Assembly (NCBI RefSeq): GCF_009914755.1
Contig: NC_060929.1
Direction: 5' to 3' (one strand)
DNA length: 64,000 nucleotides
Origin: the human T2T-CHM13v2.0 reference genome, Homo sapiens
Shown here: piece after piece, positions 1 to 16,208 of the stretch
Layout of the letters: every line of letters starts with the position of its first letter
How positions within the stretch are numbered: position 1 is the first letter of the stretch
Translations under genes and position numbers: made by a program
Notes under the pieces: model-generated
What the model was told of the DNA's origin: nothing
The model's input: only the letters and a program-made list of their open reading frames with translations
Databases searched by the model: none

Positions 1-160
1 AAAAGAAGTCTCAATCCAGAACCCTATATCCAGTTAAAATGTTCTTCAGAAATGAAGATGAAATAAAGACATTCTCAGAGGAAGGAAAACTAAGAATTTT
101 TCACTAGCAGAACTGCTGTAAAAGAATGGCTAACGGAAGTTTATCAAGCAGAAAGAAAAT
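1..160 (+). mobile_element. Old L1M fragment (ORF1 C-terminal region)
   Basis: Degenerate match to the L1 ORF1 C-terminus (PRILYPAKLSFKNEGEIKTFSD-like: aatccagaaccctatatccagttaaaatgttcttcagaaatgaagatgaaataaagacattctcag). Confidence 0.7.
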
Positions 161-533
161 CCAAAGCCCTCACCATGGTGGGTCAGTATCTGGTGACTTG
201 CCCTCATCTCTCCTGGTGGCATTTGGGTAATGGTATGATACCTGAAACCACAGCAACCATATTGCAGCAATGAGGGTCTAAGCCTGCAACCAAAACCAAA
301 ATCCTGAGGATGAAAGAGCTTAAAGAAGAACACAAGGATTCCTGATTGCATCACTGTATCAGTGAATGAAGCAATCATGAATCTAACATTGGGCTTCTTT
401 TTATATGATATAATAGATTTCTTACTGTTTAAGCTTTTTTAGCTGAGAATTATTGTCACTTACAGCTGAAATTACAACTGATATGGGATTTGGGATTTAT
501 TTTTCCTTGCAGGAGTCTTCCTGGAGAAAATTA

Positions 534-869
<336 letters not shown>

Positions 870-1362
870 TCACTTACAAAGATGTTTGTTACAGTATTAT
901 CACGATTATTTACAATAGTGGAATAAAAACATGAGCATAGGGGAATATCCAAATAATTACAGTTATGCAGCCATTAAATTTATGATTGTGAACAGTCTTA
1001 AATAACAGAATATTATAATGTTAGGTAAAATAAAAATACACAAAATTTTAAAAACCATTTAAAGTCTGGTAGGAGATACACTAAAATGTTGCCTTTGCAG
1101 ATGAGTAATAGAATTATACATTTCTTTCTTTTTTATACTTTTTTGTATTTACTTAATTATCTACAGTTGGCATGTATAATTTTTATAAAAATAAAAACTA
1201 TGCTTAAAACATATGCAAGACTATAATTGTGAAGAGTATATGTAAACATGAAAAATGTTTCAGTAATATTAGCAAGTTAAAAACATAAAATTTTACTAAC
1301 AGTGTATGTGTACCGCAATCTATATACCAAAATGAATACACCTTTTCCATTAAGGTATCGAG

Positions 1363-1364
<2 letters not shown>

Positions 1365-1401
<37 letters not shown>
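1365..1401. repeat. (TG)n microsatellite
   Basis: Direct reading. Confidence 0.98.
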
Positions 1402-1402
<1 letters not shown>

Positions 1403-2275
1403 ACTGCCTTTACAATGAATACCATTAAAACAGAAAGTCTAATCCAGGTTTTTCTTCCTCTTCTGTGAAATTTTTCCTAACCTCTCTCAACACAGTGAAT
1501 CACTTTCATCTAATAGTATTGTGTTCTTTTCTTGCTTCTATTATTGCAATTAGTACTAATTCCAACACAACTAAAGTCACAAACAGTGAAGTAAATACAT
1601 TTTAATATCTAATTCGATTAAAAAGGTATGGATTGATCTTTAACACCTATTGCTAAATGAAAGAAGTCAGTATGAAAAGCCTACAGACAGAATGATTCCA
1701 TTTAGATGATATTATGGGAAAGGCAAAACTATAAAAATGATTAATAGATCAATAGTTATCAGGGATTTGGGGCTATGAGGAGAGTTTATTAGGTGAAAAA
1801 CAGGGAATTTTTTTAGAGCAGTGATACTATTGTGATGGTGAACACATGATATTATGCATTGTCAAAACTAATGGAATTTTAGATCACAAAGAATGAACCA
1901 TAATACATGCAAATTTTTAAAAAAATCATTTGAAGGAATGCAGACTGTGACAAAATAATTGAATCATATTACAAATGTATAAATGTATATAAGTATAACA
2001 GAACTGCACCGAAGGGAGTGGAAGAAAAAGTTGCTGACCTAATTAACTTTGGAGCCTGTAACACTAAAGGCAAAAGGAACTATATGCAAGCACTGTACTC
2101 TAGTTGATAAAGTTGTTTAAAGCATTGTATATGTATACTGGAATTAAAAAATTAAATAAATGCATGGCAGATAGCAAATGCCAGGTTTCTCACTGCTGAA
2201 GTGCGAAATTACAGATAAGCACAGGGAGAAGGCTAAAATGATCCATATAACAGTGGATGAAAATTAAAGACATTA

Positions 2276-3977
2276 GCCCTCTCCCCCTCCCTCCCCCTCC
2301 CCCTCCCCCTCTCCCGCTCCCTCTCCCCACGGTCTCCCTCTCCCTCTCCCCACGGTCTCCCTCTCCCTCTCTCCACAGTCTCCCTCTGATGCCGAGCTGA
2401 AGCTGGACGGTACTGCTGCCTGATTCTCCTGCCTCAGCCTGCCGACTGCCTGCGATTGCAGGCGCGTGCCGCCACGCCTGACTGGTTTTCGTATTTTTTT
2501 GGTGGAGACGGGGTTTCGCTGTGTTGGCTGGGCTGGTCTCCAGCTCCTAACCGCGAGTGATCCGCCAGCCTCGGCCTCCCAAGGTGCCGGGATTGCAGAC
2601 GGAGTCTCGTTCACTCAGTGCTCAATGGTGCCCAGGCTGGAGTGCAGTGGCGTGATCTCGGCTCGCTACAACCTTCACCTCCCAGCAGCCTGCCTTGGCC
2701 TCCCAAAGTGCCGAGATTGCAGCCTCTGCCCGGCCGCCACCCCGTCTGGGAAGTGAGGAGCGTCTCTGCCCGGCCGCCATCCCATCTAGGAAGTGAGGAG
2801 CGCCTCTTCCCGGCCGCCATCCCATCTGGGAAGTGAGGAGCGTCTCTGCCCAGCCGCCCATCGTCTGAGATGTGGGGAGCACCTCTGCCCTGCTGCCCCG
2901 TCCGGGATGTGAGGAGCGTCTCTGCCCGGCCGCCCCGTCTGAGAAGTGAGGAGACCCTCTGCCTGGCAACCGCCCCGTCTGAGAAGTGAGGAGCCCCTCC
3001 GCCTGGCAACCGCCCCGTCTGAGAAGTGAGGAGCCCCTCCGCCCAGCAGCCGCGCCATCTGAGAAGTGAGAAGCCCCTCCGCCCAGCAGCCACCCCGTCT
3101 GGGAAGTGAGGAGCGTCTCCGCCGTCTGGGAAGTGAGGAGCGTCTCCGCCCGGCAGCCACCTCGTCCGGCAGGGAGGTGGGGGGGTCAGCCCCCCGCCCG
3201 GCCAGCCGCCCCGTCCGGGAGGTGAGGGGCGCCTCTGCCCGGCCGCCCCTACTGGGAAGTGAGGAGCCCCTCTGCCTGGCCGGCCGCCCCGTCCGGGAGG
3301 GAGGTGGGGGGGGTCAGCCCCCCGCCCGGCCAGCCGCCCCATCTGGGAGGTGAGGGGTGCCTCTGCCCAGCCGCCCCTACTGGGAAGTGAGGAGCCCCTC
3401 TGCCCGGCCACCACCCCGTCTGGGAGGTGTACCCAACAGCTCATTGAGAACGGGCCATGATGACGATGGCGGTTTTGTGGAATAGAAAGGGGGGAAGGGT
3501 GGGGAAAAGATTGAGAAATCGGATGGTTGCCGTGTCTGTGTAGAAAGAGGTAGACATGGGAGACTTTTCATTTTGTTCTGTACTAAGAAAAATTCTTCTG
3601 CCTTGGGATCCTGTTGATCTGTGACCTTACCCCCAACCCTGTGCTATCTGAAACATGTGCTGTATCCACTCAGGGTTGAATGGATTAAGGGCGGTGCAAG
3701 ATGTGCTTTGTTAAACAGATGCTTGAAGGCAGCATGCTCCTTAAGAGTCATCACCACTCCCTAATCTCAAGTACCCAGGGACACAAACACTGCGGAAGGC
3801 CGCAGGGTCCTCTGCCTAGGAAAACCAGAGACCTTTGTTCACTTGTTTATCTGCTGACCTTCCCTCCACTATTGTCCTGTGACCCTGCCAAATCCCCCTC
3901 TGCGAGAAACACCCAAGAATGATCAATAAAAAATAATAATAATAATAATAAATTATATATATATATAAAAAAGAAAA
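2276..3977 (+). mobile_element. Full-length SVA retrotransposon (SVA_D-like)
   Basis: CCCTCT hexamer head, antisense Alu-like region, GC-rich VNTR (gggaagtgaggagc units), SINE-R, AATAAA at 3925-3930, A-rich tail. TSD GAAAATTAAAGACA at 2259-2272 and 3978-3991. Confidence 0.97.
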
Positions 3978-4298
3978 GAAAATTAAAGACAGTATAAATT
4001 TCTGTTTAGCTTAATACAGACACAGATTGGATATACATAGAAATACTCATAGATATGTGTATTTATAGGGATTACATACACACATATATTTCCTTGATTT
4101 TTCAGGTGAGAGGGCTTAGAAGCAATGACATCGCAGCAGTGATAAGCATACCTAGTGTCCAAATTTTGGTTTTTAATACCATTTTCCAATAAAAGGGACC
4201 AAAGCTCCTTGGGGGGAATGGCTGATCCTAGAACTCAGGCAGGAAATAAATAAGATGAGCCTGGAGCATCTTGCAGTACTGGAATGCAAAAAAATGTT

Positions 4299-4301
4299 AC
4301 A

Positions 4302-4344
<43 letters not shown>
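4299..4344. repeat. (CA)n microsatellite
   Basis: Direct reading, one interruption. Confidence 0.95.
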
Positions 4345-4347
<3 letters not shown>

Positions 4348-4789
4348 TGGGAGTATGTCAAAGGGATACAGGAGCCAAATGAAAGAGCTTAGTGGACAAA
4401 GTTGGAACAATTTGAGCAATAAAATTAAGTACTGTTGAATTATAATACCATACTGATACAAATTATTAAAAATTACTAAATAAATAAATGGGGATTATAA
4501 ATTTCTCATGAGGAAACATTCCAAATAATTTATGTAGATACTCCACCCTCAAGAGATGGAGTATAATTTCTCAATCTTTTTTTTTCTTATACTTTAAGTT
4601 CTAGGGTACACCTGCACAAAGTGCAGGTTTGTTACATAGGTATACATGTGCCATGCTGGTTTGCTGCACCCACTAACATGTCATTTACATTAGGCATTCC
4701 TTCTAATATTATCCCTTCCCCTGCCCCCCATCCCACGACAGGCCCCGGTGTGTGATGTTCCCTGCCCAGTGTCCAAGTGTTCTCATTGT

Positions 4790-8610
<3,821 letters not shown>

Positions 8611-8673
8611 TTTGATGTTAGCTGACTATTTTGCCTGTTAGCTGATGCCATTTCTTCCTAGCATCGACAGTCT

Positions 8674-9698
8674 TTACAATTTGGCCTGTTTTTGCAGTGG
8701 CTGGTACTGGTTGTTCCTTTCCATGTTTAGTGCTTCCTTCAGGAGCTCTTGTAAGGCAGGCCTGATGGTGACAAAATCTCTCAGCATTTGCTTGTCTGTA
8801 AAGAATTTTATTTGTCCTTCACTTATGAAGCTTAGGTTGGCTGGATATGAAATTCTGGGTTGCAAATTATTTTCTTTAAGAATGTTGAATATTGGCCCCC
8901 ACTCTCTTCTGGCTTGTAGAGTTTCTGCCAAGAGATCCACTGTTAATCTGATGGGCTTTCCTTTGTGGGTAACCAGACCTTTCTCTCTGGCTGCCCTTAA
9001 CATTTTTTCCTTCATTTCAACCTTGGTGAATCTGACAATTATGTGTCTTGGGGTTGCTCTTCTCGAGGTGTATCTTTGTGGTGTTCTCTGTATTTCCTGA
9101 GTTTAAATGTTGGCCTCCCTTGCTAGGTTGGGGAAGTTCTCTTGGATAATATCCTGAAGAGTGTTTTCCTACTTGGTTCCATTCTCCCCATCACTTTCAT
9201 GTACACCAATCAAACATAGATTTGGTCTTTTCACATATTCCCATATTTCTTGGAGGTTTTGTTTGTTTCCTTTTACTCCTTTTTCTCTAAACTTCTCTTC
9301 CCACTTTATTTCATTTATTTAATCTTCAATCACTGATACCCTTTCTTCCACTTGATTGAATCAGCTATTGAAGCTTTTGCATGCATCACGTAGTTCTTGT
9401 GCCATGGATTTCAGCTCCATCAGGTCATTTAAGGTCTTCTCTACGCGTTTATTCTAGTTAGTCATTCATCTAATCTCTTTTCAAGGTTTTTTGCTTCCTT
9501 GTGATGGGTTCGAACATCTTCCTTTAGCTCGGAGAAGTTTGTTATTACCCATGTTCTGAAGCCTACTTCTGTCAGCTCATCAAAGTCATTCTCCATCCAG
9601 CTTTGTTCCATTGCTGGTGAGAAGCTGCAATCCTTTAGAGGACAAGAGGTGCTGTGGTTTTTAGAATTTTCAGCTTTTCTGCTCTGATTTCTCCCCAT
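8674..9698 (-). pseudogene. L1 ORF1p remnant, disrupted
   Basis: MGRNQSRK start at 9698, premature stop after 78 aa; C-terminal fragment with ARR and YPANLSF motifs (8674-9015). Confidence 0.95.
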
Positions 9699-10297
9699 CT
9701 TTGTGGTTTTATCTACCTTTGGTCTTTGATGTTGGTGACCTAGAGATGGGGTTTTGGTGTGGATGTCCTTTTTGTTGATGTTGATGCTATTCCTTTCTGT
9801 TTGTTAGTTTTCCTTCTAACAGTAAGGTCCCTCAGCTGCAGGTCTGTTGGAGTTTGCTGGACATCGACTCCAAACACTGTTTGCCTGGGTATCACCAACG
9901 CAGGCTGCAGAAGAGCAAATATTGCAGAGCAGCAAATATTTCTGCCTGATCCTTCCTCTGGAAGCTTCATCCCAGAGGGGCACCCACCTGTATGAGGTGT
10001 CAGTCGGCCCTTACCAGGTGGTGTCTCCCATTTAGGCTACACAGGGGTCAGGGACTCACTTAAGGAGGCAGTCTGTCCATTCTCAGAGCTCAAACACTGT
10101 GCTGGGAGAAGCACTGCTCTCTTCAGAGCTGTCAGAGAGGCGCGTTTAAGCCTACAGAAGTTTCTGCTGCCTTTTGTTCAGCTATGCCCTGCCCCTAGAG
10201 GTGGAGTTTACAGGAGCAGCAGGTCTTGCTGACCTGCAGTGGGCTCCACCCAGTTTGAGCTTCCTGGCTGCTTTGTTTACCTACTCAAGCCTCAGCA

Positions 10298-10630
10298 ATG
10301 GTGGACGCACCTCCCCCTGCCAGGCTGCTACCTTGCAGGTGGATCTCAGACTGCTGCACTAGCAGTGAGCAAGGCTCCGTGGGCAAGCGACCCACCAAGC
10401 CAGGCACAGGATATAATCTCCTGGTGTGCTGTTTGCTAAGACCATTTGAAAAGCACAGTATTTGGGTGAGAGAGTCCCAATTTTCCAGGTACAGTCTGTC
10501 ATGGCTTCCCTTAGCTAGGAAAGGGAAATCCCCTGACCTCTTGTGCTTCCCAGGTGAGGCGATGCCCTGCCCTGCTTCAGCTCACCCTCTGTGGGCTGCA
10601 CCCACTGTCCAACCAGTTCCAATGAGATGA
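10298..10630 (+). CDS. L1 ORF0-homologous antisense ORF (110 aa), translation unproven
   Basis: MVDAPPPARLLPCRWISDCC... aligns with L1HS ORF0 (MAGAPPPASLPPCSLISDCC..., from recall); lies antisense within the L1 5'UTR. Confidence 0.55.
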   Translation: MVDAPPPARLLPCRWISDCCTSSEQGSVGKRPTKPGTGYNLLVCCLLRPFEKHSIWVRESQFSRYSLSWLPLARKGKSPDLLCFPGEAMPCPASAHPLWAAPTVQPVPMR

Positions 10631-12571
10631 ACCAGGTACCTCAGTTGGAAATGCAGAAATCACCCATCTTTTGCGTCGATCACGCTAGGAGCTGTAGACC
10701 AGAGCTGTTCCTATTTGGCCATCTTCTATTCCTTTATAATTCCTCACTCTTTAAGTGTAGAGTACACATGGTGCCTGTCTTGCAAATAGTACAATACAGA
10801 AAGGTGAAGAAAAGCTTAACTTTACAGTGAAGAAACCTGACAAATACTACCCTAGCCAACGAATTAGTGTTAAAATTAACAGTGATAGGTCATGTTAATA
10901 ATATGTATCCCTGATATGATGTGATGAGAAGGGCACTTTACCTCTGTGGTCTTCTTTCCCAAAACCCATACCCACAGACTAATAATGAGAGAAACATCAG
11001 AACAAACCCAACTGAGGCACATGCCACAAAATACCTGACCAGTTCTTTTCAAAAATATCAGTCTTCAAAACAAGAAAAGTCTGAAAAACTATTACGGCCA
11101 AGGAGATCCTAAGGAAACTTGACAATTAAATGTAATGTGGTGTCTTGGATGGGATCCTAGAACAGATAAAGGACATAAGGTTAAAACTAAGAAAATCTAA
11201 CCAGGCTATAGACTTTAGTTAATAATAACATGTTATGATTGGTTCATTAATTTTGACCAACAGACCACATAAATATAAAATAATAATAGGAGAAATCATG
11301 TGTGGAGTATATGGGAACTCTCAGTACTACCATCCTAATTTTTCTATAAATCTATGACTATTCTAAAATCTAAAGTTTATTTTAAAAAGTAATTAGCAAT
11401 TTCAGCCAAATACTCTGTCCATGAGACAGGCAGGGTGATGTAGATGGAAAACTTCTGAACTCATAGTCAACACCAAGATCTTCTTTCAAGTATACTGCTT
11501 GTCATAAAGAACTCTCAGCTACAGATTGTGACTGTGCCACAAAGCAGCCGCATAGCTTTGGAACCTGAATCTGTATTCTCAATTTTAAAATGAGGAGTTC
11601 AGTAGATGATCTCAAAGGCCCAGACCTTAAATTCCAGCATTTTTATCAGAGATAAATTCAAGATCTGTTTCACTACCTACGTACATTTTAGGAAAAGCCT
11701 CTTGACCTCCTGTATTCTCAGTTTTGCCCGCTTTAAACTCAGAAGACTAAAATAAATAATATTTAAAGACACATCCTGCTCTACAAATCTTCAGCAACCA
11801 CGTTTCACTGTTTCTGTCAACTTTAGTTCACTTTAGCCACCTGACCCACCTCATAACACTACCAATTATTTCAGGCCATAATTTAGACTGAAGTCTTCAT
11901 GAGAACAAAGAGTAGTTTAATTTTGCTCACAGTGGTGTCCCTAGGGCCCACAACAGTGCTTGGCATTTAATTGACACTGAATTAATATTTGTGCAATGAA
12001 CAATGAATGTTTAATTTTCAAAATCATGCTTACACTAAAGAGGAAACAGAAAACTGCAACTCTCCCACAAAGACACCCAGAAGGAAAGAGCCAAGAGGGT
12101 ATGTCCATGAAACCAAAGAGCTTTATCATAGTAACAATATCATCCTGCTGAAAAATCACAATCATTTTGAAAACTGCCTCTTTACAAAGCAGGGTTATTA
12201 ATAAGGTTATAAATTCCTTATCACTTTCTTACTGAGACAGAACAACTGAGAGAAGACATTCAGAAGAAAAACACAACCTAGAAAGCCCCATCTCTAGTCA
12301 TAAAGACTACCAGTTGTGTGAGCACAAACTTTACCAGAGGATTATAAAATGAATAAAGTAATATTTTCCACAGGAAAAACATAGGCTGTTAGAAAGATAT
12401 CAGACATATTGCTTAATTGTGGATTTGAGAGCAAACAAGCCAATGGGGAAAGTGATACATTAAGTTTGGGGTAGTAAAAAGTAATGAAAAGAGAGCAGGA
12501 AAGAAAGGAAGAAAACATTTATGTTTTACTATGAATATTTCACTACATCTATTTTAGACTTTGGCCTCTAG

Positions 12572-12760
12572 CAGTGTTCTTAAAGTGCAAGCTTTGACCC
12601 AACCTCTTACATCAGAATGGCAAGGGACGACAGAAAAATAAAGATTCCTGAATGCCACTCCTGACCTACTGAATCTGAATCACAGGGGAAGAGGCCTGGC
12701 AATCTGAATTCTTAATAAGCTGCCCAGGTAATCTTACATACAACTGTGCAGAACTGCTGC
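12572..12760. mobile_element. MER5-like hAT DNA transposon remnant
   Basis: cagtgttcttaaagtg...gacctactgaatctgaatc...agaactgctg resembles the MER5A family. Confidence 0.65.
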
Positions 12761-13240
12761 TATAGTAAGTTGTGATAATCTCTCTAGGGAAAAAAAATGC
12801 TTGTTTACACAAGGCATATAACTCTCTCAGACAATCAGGATGTCATTCAGCATACTGGAAATGATAAATACCCAAACACGTTCTATAATTTTGGAAGCAT
12901 AGAAAAATAATAAAAAATAATAATAAAGGTTAATTTGAGGTTAATTTAAGCTCACAGAGATAAAGAAGGGCATTTTACTTCGAGCTCACAATGGAACTAA
13001 ACCACATAGATAAGGAAAAGTAATTTTTACAAGATTTGACATAAAAACTTAAAATATTTAGTTCTAATTTCAGTATATTGTAATCAAACCACAAATTTTA
13101 TTTGAATTCATCTATTCTAACATTGTGATTAAACACATATTATGCCTCAATTGGTTTAATTAGAATGGTTTAATGGCTTAATTTTGGGGTACAGAGTTTG
13201 ACAGAGAAAGAAGTATGATTAGGATGATGTCTGTGAGCAT

Positions 13241-13513
13241 TTTTTTTTTCTTGAGATAGGATCTTGCTCTGTCCCCCAGGTTGGAGTGCAGTGGCGCGAT
13301 CTCAGCTCACTGCACCTCCCAGGTTCAAGTGATTCTCCTGCCTCAGCCTCCTGAGTAGCTGGGACTACAGGTGCACACCACCACAGATGGACAATTTTCA
13401 TATTTTTAGTAGAGACAGGATTTCATCATGTTGGCCAGCCTGGTCTCGAACAGCTGACCTCAAGCGATCCACCCATCTCGGCCTCCCAAAGTGCTGGGAT
13501 TACAAGCGTGAGC
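13241..13513 (-). mobile_element. Alu (S/J)
   Basis: Antisense Alu; CTGTGAGCATTTTT repeated on both sides. Confidence 0.93.
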
Positions 13514-13663
13514 CACACACACTGTGAGCATTTTTATTGAGCATAGCACTCATGGGCCATACCTATGAAGCAAAATTTATGTTAAAATTAGTTGAAATTT
13601 GATTAGAATTTGCTGTTTCTAAGGAATGTTCGAGTTACTCTTGGACTTTATTTCTCTTTATTC

Positions 13664-13964
13664 TTTTTTTGACACAGGGTCTCACTCTGTCACCCAGACT
13701 GGGAGTGCAATGGCAGGATGATAGCTCACTGCAGCCTCAAACTCCTGGGCTCAAGCCAGCCTCCTGTCTCAGCCTTCTGAGAAGCTAGGACTATAGGTGC
13801 ACACTACCACACCTGCCTAATTTTCTTTTTTTCATTTTTTGTAGAGACTATGTTGCCAATCTCACTATGTTGCCAACGCTGGTCTTGAACTTCCAGAGTA
13901 AAGGGATCTTCCTGCCTGGCTTCTGAAAATGCTGGGATTACAGGTGTGAGACCCTATGCTTGGC
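13664..13964 (-). mobile_element. AluJ
   Basis: Diverged antisense Alu with a small internal ACTATGTTGCCAA duplication. Confidence 0.9.
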
Positions 13965-14827
13965 CTTTTTTCACCTTATTCTTTTTATATGCGTTTAGCA
14001 TGTAATGATATTATCATAAATGGCACCTGGGACTCAGGAAAACATATTTAATTCATGTATTCTGTGAACATGAGATTATTTAATCTATTTACAACTGGAG
14101 CATCCTAAGGACTCAAGTTTATCTAAAGAGGCAGTTTTGGAGACCTGGCTTTTGTTTTTGAAACCAATCCTAACACAGTTTCTGTAAGTAGATGAGGATG
14201 AGTATACCTGTTTTAACAGTGGGAGACTGGAAATCATAAACCCCAAATATCATAGTGATTCATTCAATTATCTATCTGATAATTCACCAGAATATGCACA
14301 ATTTCTGTTCCCATGTTTTTTCTTAGCATTAAACCACTTCCTCATAGTCAAAAGTATTAAAACCTGTAAGAGTGTTGCTCACTGAACAACTCATCTTAGT
14401 CTGGACCACTGGCTACCCTGAAAGCAAAGTTTCCTGATTCTTATCTTAACAGAAGATTTTCGCTGGAAAGTATAAAACAGGAGCAATGAGTAGTTTATTT
14501 TAATATAGTATTAAGTATTGGTTTGATCAACTTTAAAACTTATTGTCTTAGTTAGAAAAGTGAAAGGAATGTGCAAGTCCTATCCACCTAGAATAGAGTT
14601 CAAAGTCCACTTTTGACTGAAGTGTAAGCTCTTCAAAGGAGCCTGTCTCCTTCATTGTTGAATTCCACAATATCTAACATAGTACTGTGTATACAGCAGA
14701 GCTCAATAAATATTTGTTGACTTGACATCATATATTCACTTTATAAATTCTTAACTATTCTGTTGTCCTTGAAAATAGTTCAAGAAAGTTCTTAAAATAA
14801 GTTTACTATAGGGCCTCCTTAATTTTA

Positions 14828-14854
14828 GTGCTCACTTCGGCAGCACATATACTA
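14828..14854 (+). pseudogene. 3'-truncated U6 snRNA retrocopy (first 27 nt)
   Basis: GTGCTCACTTCGGCAGCACATATACTA equals the U6 5' end with one CpG transition; flanked by a 24-bp direct repeat (14804-14827, 14850-14873). Confidence 0.92.
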
Positions 14855-15028
14855 TAGGGCCCCCTTAATTTTAAAAGATTCCTAGAGTCCTGAAATATAT
14901 GTAGGAATGAAGAGTTATTTTTGTTTTATTTATTTGTTGTGGCACATCCATGGTACAAGAGAATATAGTCAGGGCTCTCCAGAGAAAGAGAACCAGTAGG
15001 ATCTATAGATATTTAAAAGAATTTCGTG

Positions 15029-15310
15029 GGCCAGGAGCAGTGGCTCACGCCTATAATCCCAGCACTTTGGGAGGCCGGGGCAGGCGGATCACGAGGTCAG
15101 GAGATTGAGACCATCCTAGCAAACACTGTGAAACCCCGTCTCTATTAAAAACACAAACAAAATTAGGCGGGTGTGGTGGCAGGCCCCTGTAGTCCCAGCA
15201 ACTCAGGAGGCTGAGGCAGGAGAATGGCATGCACCCAGGGGGCGGAGCTTGCAGTGAGGAGAGATCGCGCCAGTGCACTGCAGCCTGGACGACAGAGCGA
15301 GACTCTGTCT

Positions 15311-15315
<5 letters not shown>
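15029..15315 (+). mobile_element. AluY/Sc-like element
   Basis: ggatcacgaggtcaggagattgagaccatcct and ggcggagcttgcagtgag diagnostics. Confidence 0.93.

Positions 15316-15382
<67 letters not shown>
15315..15382. repeat. (AT)34 microsatellite at the Alu tail
   Basis: 68 bp of uninterrupted AT alternation. Confidence 0.97.
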
Positions 15383-15386
<4 letters not shown>

Positions 15387-15900
15387 TGGTATCAGCTCAC
15401 AGGGTTATGGAGCCTTGAGAAGTCCCACCATCTGCGATCTGTAAGCTGGAGGCCCAGGAAAGCCAGTGGTGTAGTGTCAGTCCAAACTCAAAAGTCTGAG
15501 AACCAGGGGAGCCAATATTGGAAGTCCCAGTTTGAGTCCAAAGGCCCAAGAACTAGAAGCACCAATGTCTGAGGGCAGGAGAAGGTGGATGTTCCAGATC
15601 AATACAAGACAGCAAATCCACCCTTTCTCTGGCTTTTTGTTCTATTTGAGCCCTTGATGAACTGAATGATGCCTACCTGCATTGGTGAGGGAGGATCATT
15701 TGTACTCAGTCTACTGATTCAAATGTGAATCTTCCCTAACACCCTTATAGAAACACCCAGAAATAATGTTTTACTAGCTATCTGGGCATCCATTAGCCCA
15801 GTCAAATCACTACATAAAATTAACTTCATAAAGAGTGGCACGTACTTAATTTTCAGACCATTCTTCAGTAAGCAAAATTTATGTTAAAATTAGCTGAAAT

Positions 15901-16208
15901 TGCCGGGCGCGGTGGCTCATGCCTGTAATCCCAGCACTTTGGGAGGCCCAGGTGGGTGGATCATGAGGTCAGGAGTTCAAGACCAGCCTGACCAACATGA
16001 TGAAACCCCTTCTCTACTAAAAATACAAAAATTAGCCAGGTGTGGTGGTGCGTGCCTGTAATCCCAGCTACTCAGGAGGCTGAGGCAGGAAAATTGCCTG
16101 GAGCCAGGAGACGGAGGGTGCAGTGAGCTGAGATTGCGCCATCGCACTCCAGCCTGGGCAACAGAGAGAGAGTGAGACTCCGTCTCAAAAAAAAAAAAAA
16201 AAAAAAAA
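15901..16208 (+). mobile_element. AluS element
   Basis: Full Alu with long A tail; TSD AAAATTAG(C/T)TGAAAT. Confidence 0.96.

Larger units (their letters stand above)
14964..15830. mobile_element. MLT2-type (ERVL) solo LTR interrupted by an Alu
   Basis: tagtcagggctctccagagaaagagaaccagtagg start and gcccagtcaaat...cataaaattaac end are MLT2-like. Confidence 0.8.

Noticed and set aside
2720-3430. Repeat-spacer-like array (gggaagtgaggagc units) resembling CRISPR
   Set aside because: It is the SVA VNTR; the spacers are related to each other and there are no cas genes in this eukaryotic DNA.
2273-3922. Overlapping ORFs up to 277 aa
   Set aside because: All lie in the GC-rich SVA VNTR, Alu-like or SINE-R sequence; repetitive translations with no coding signal.
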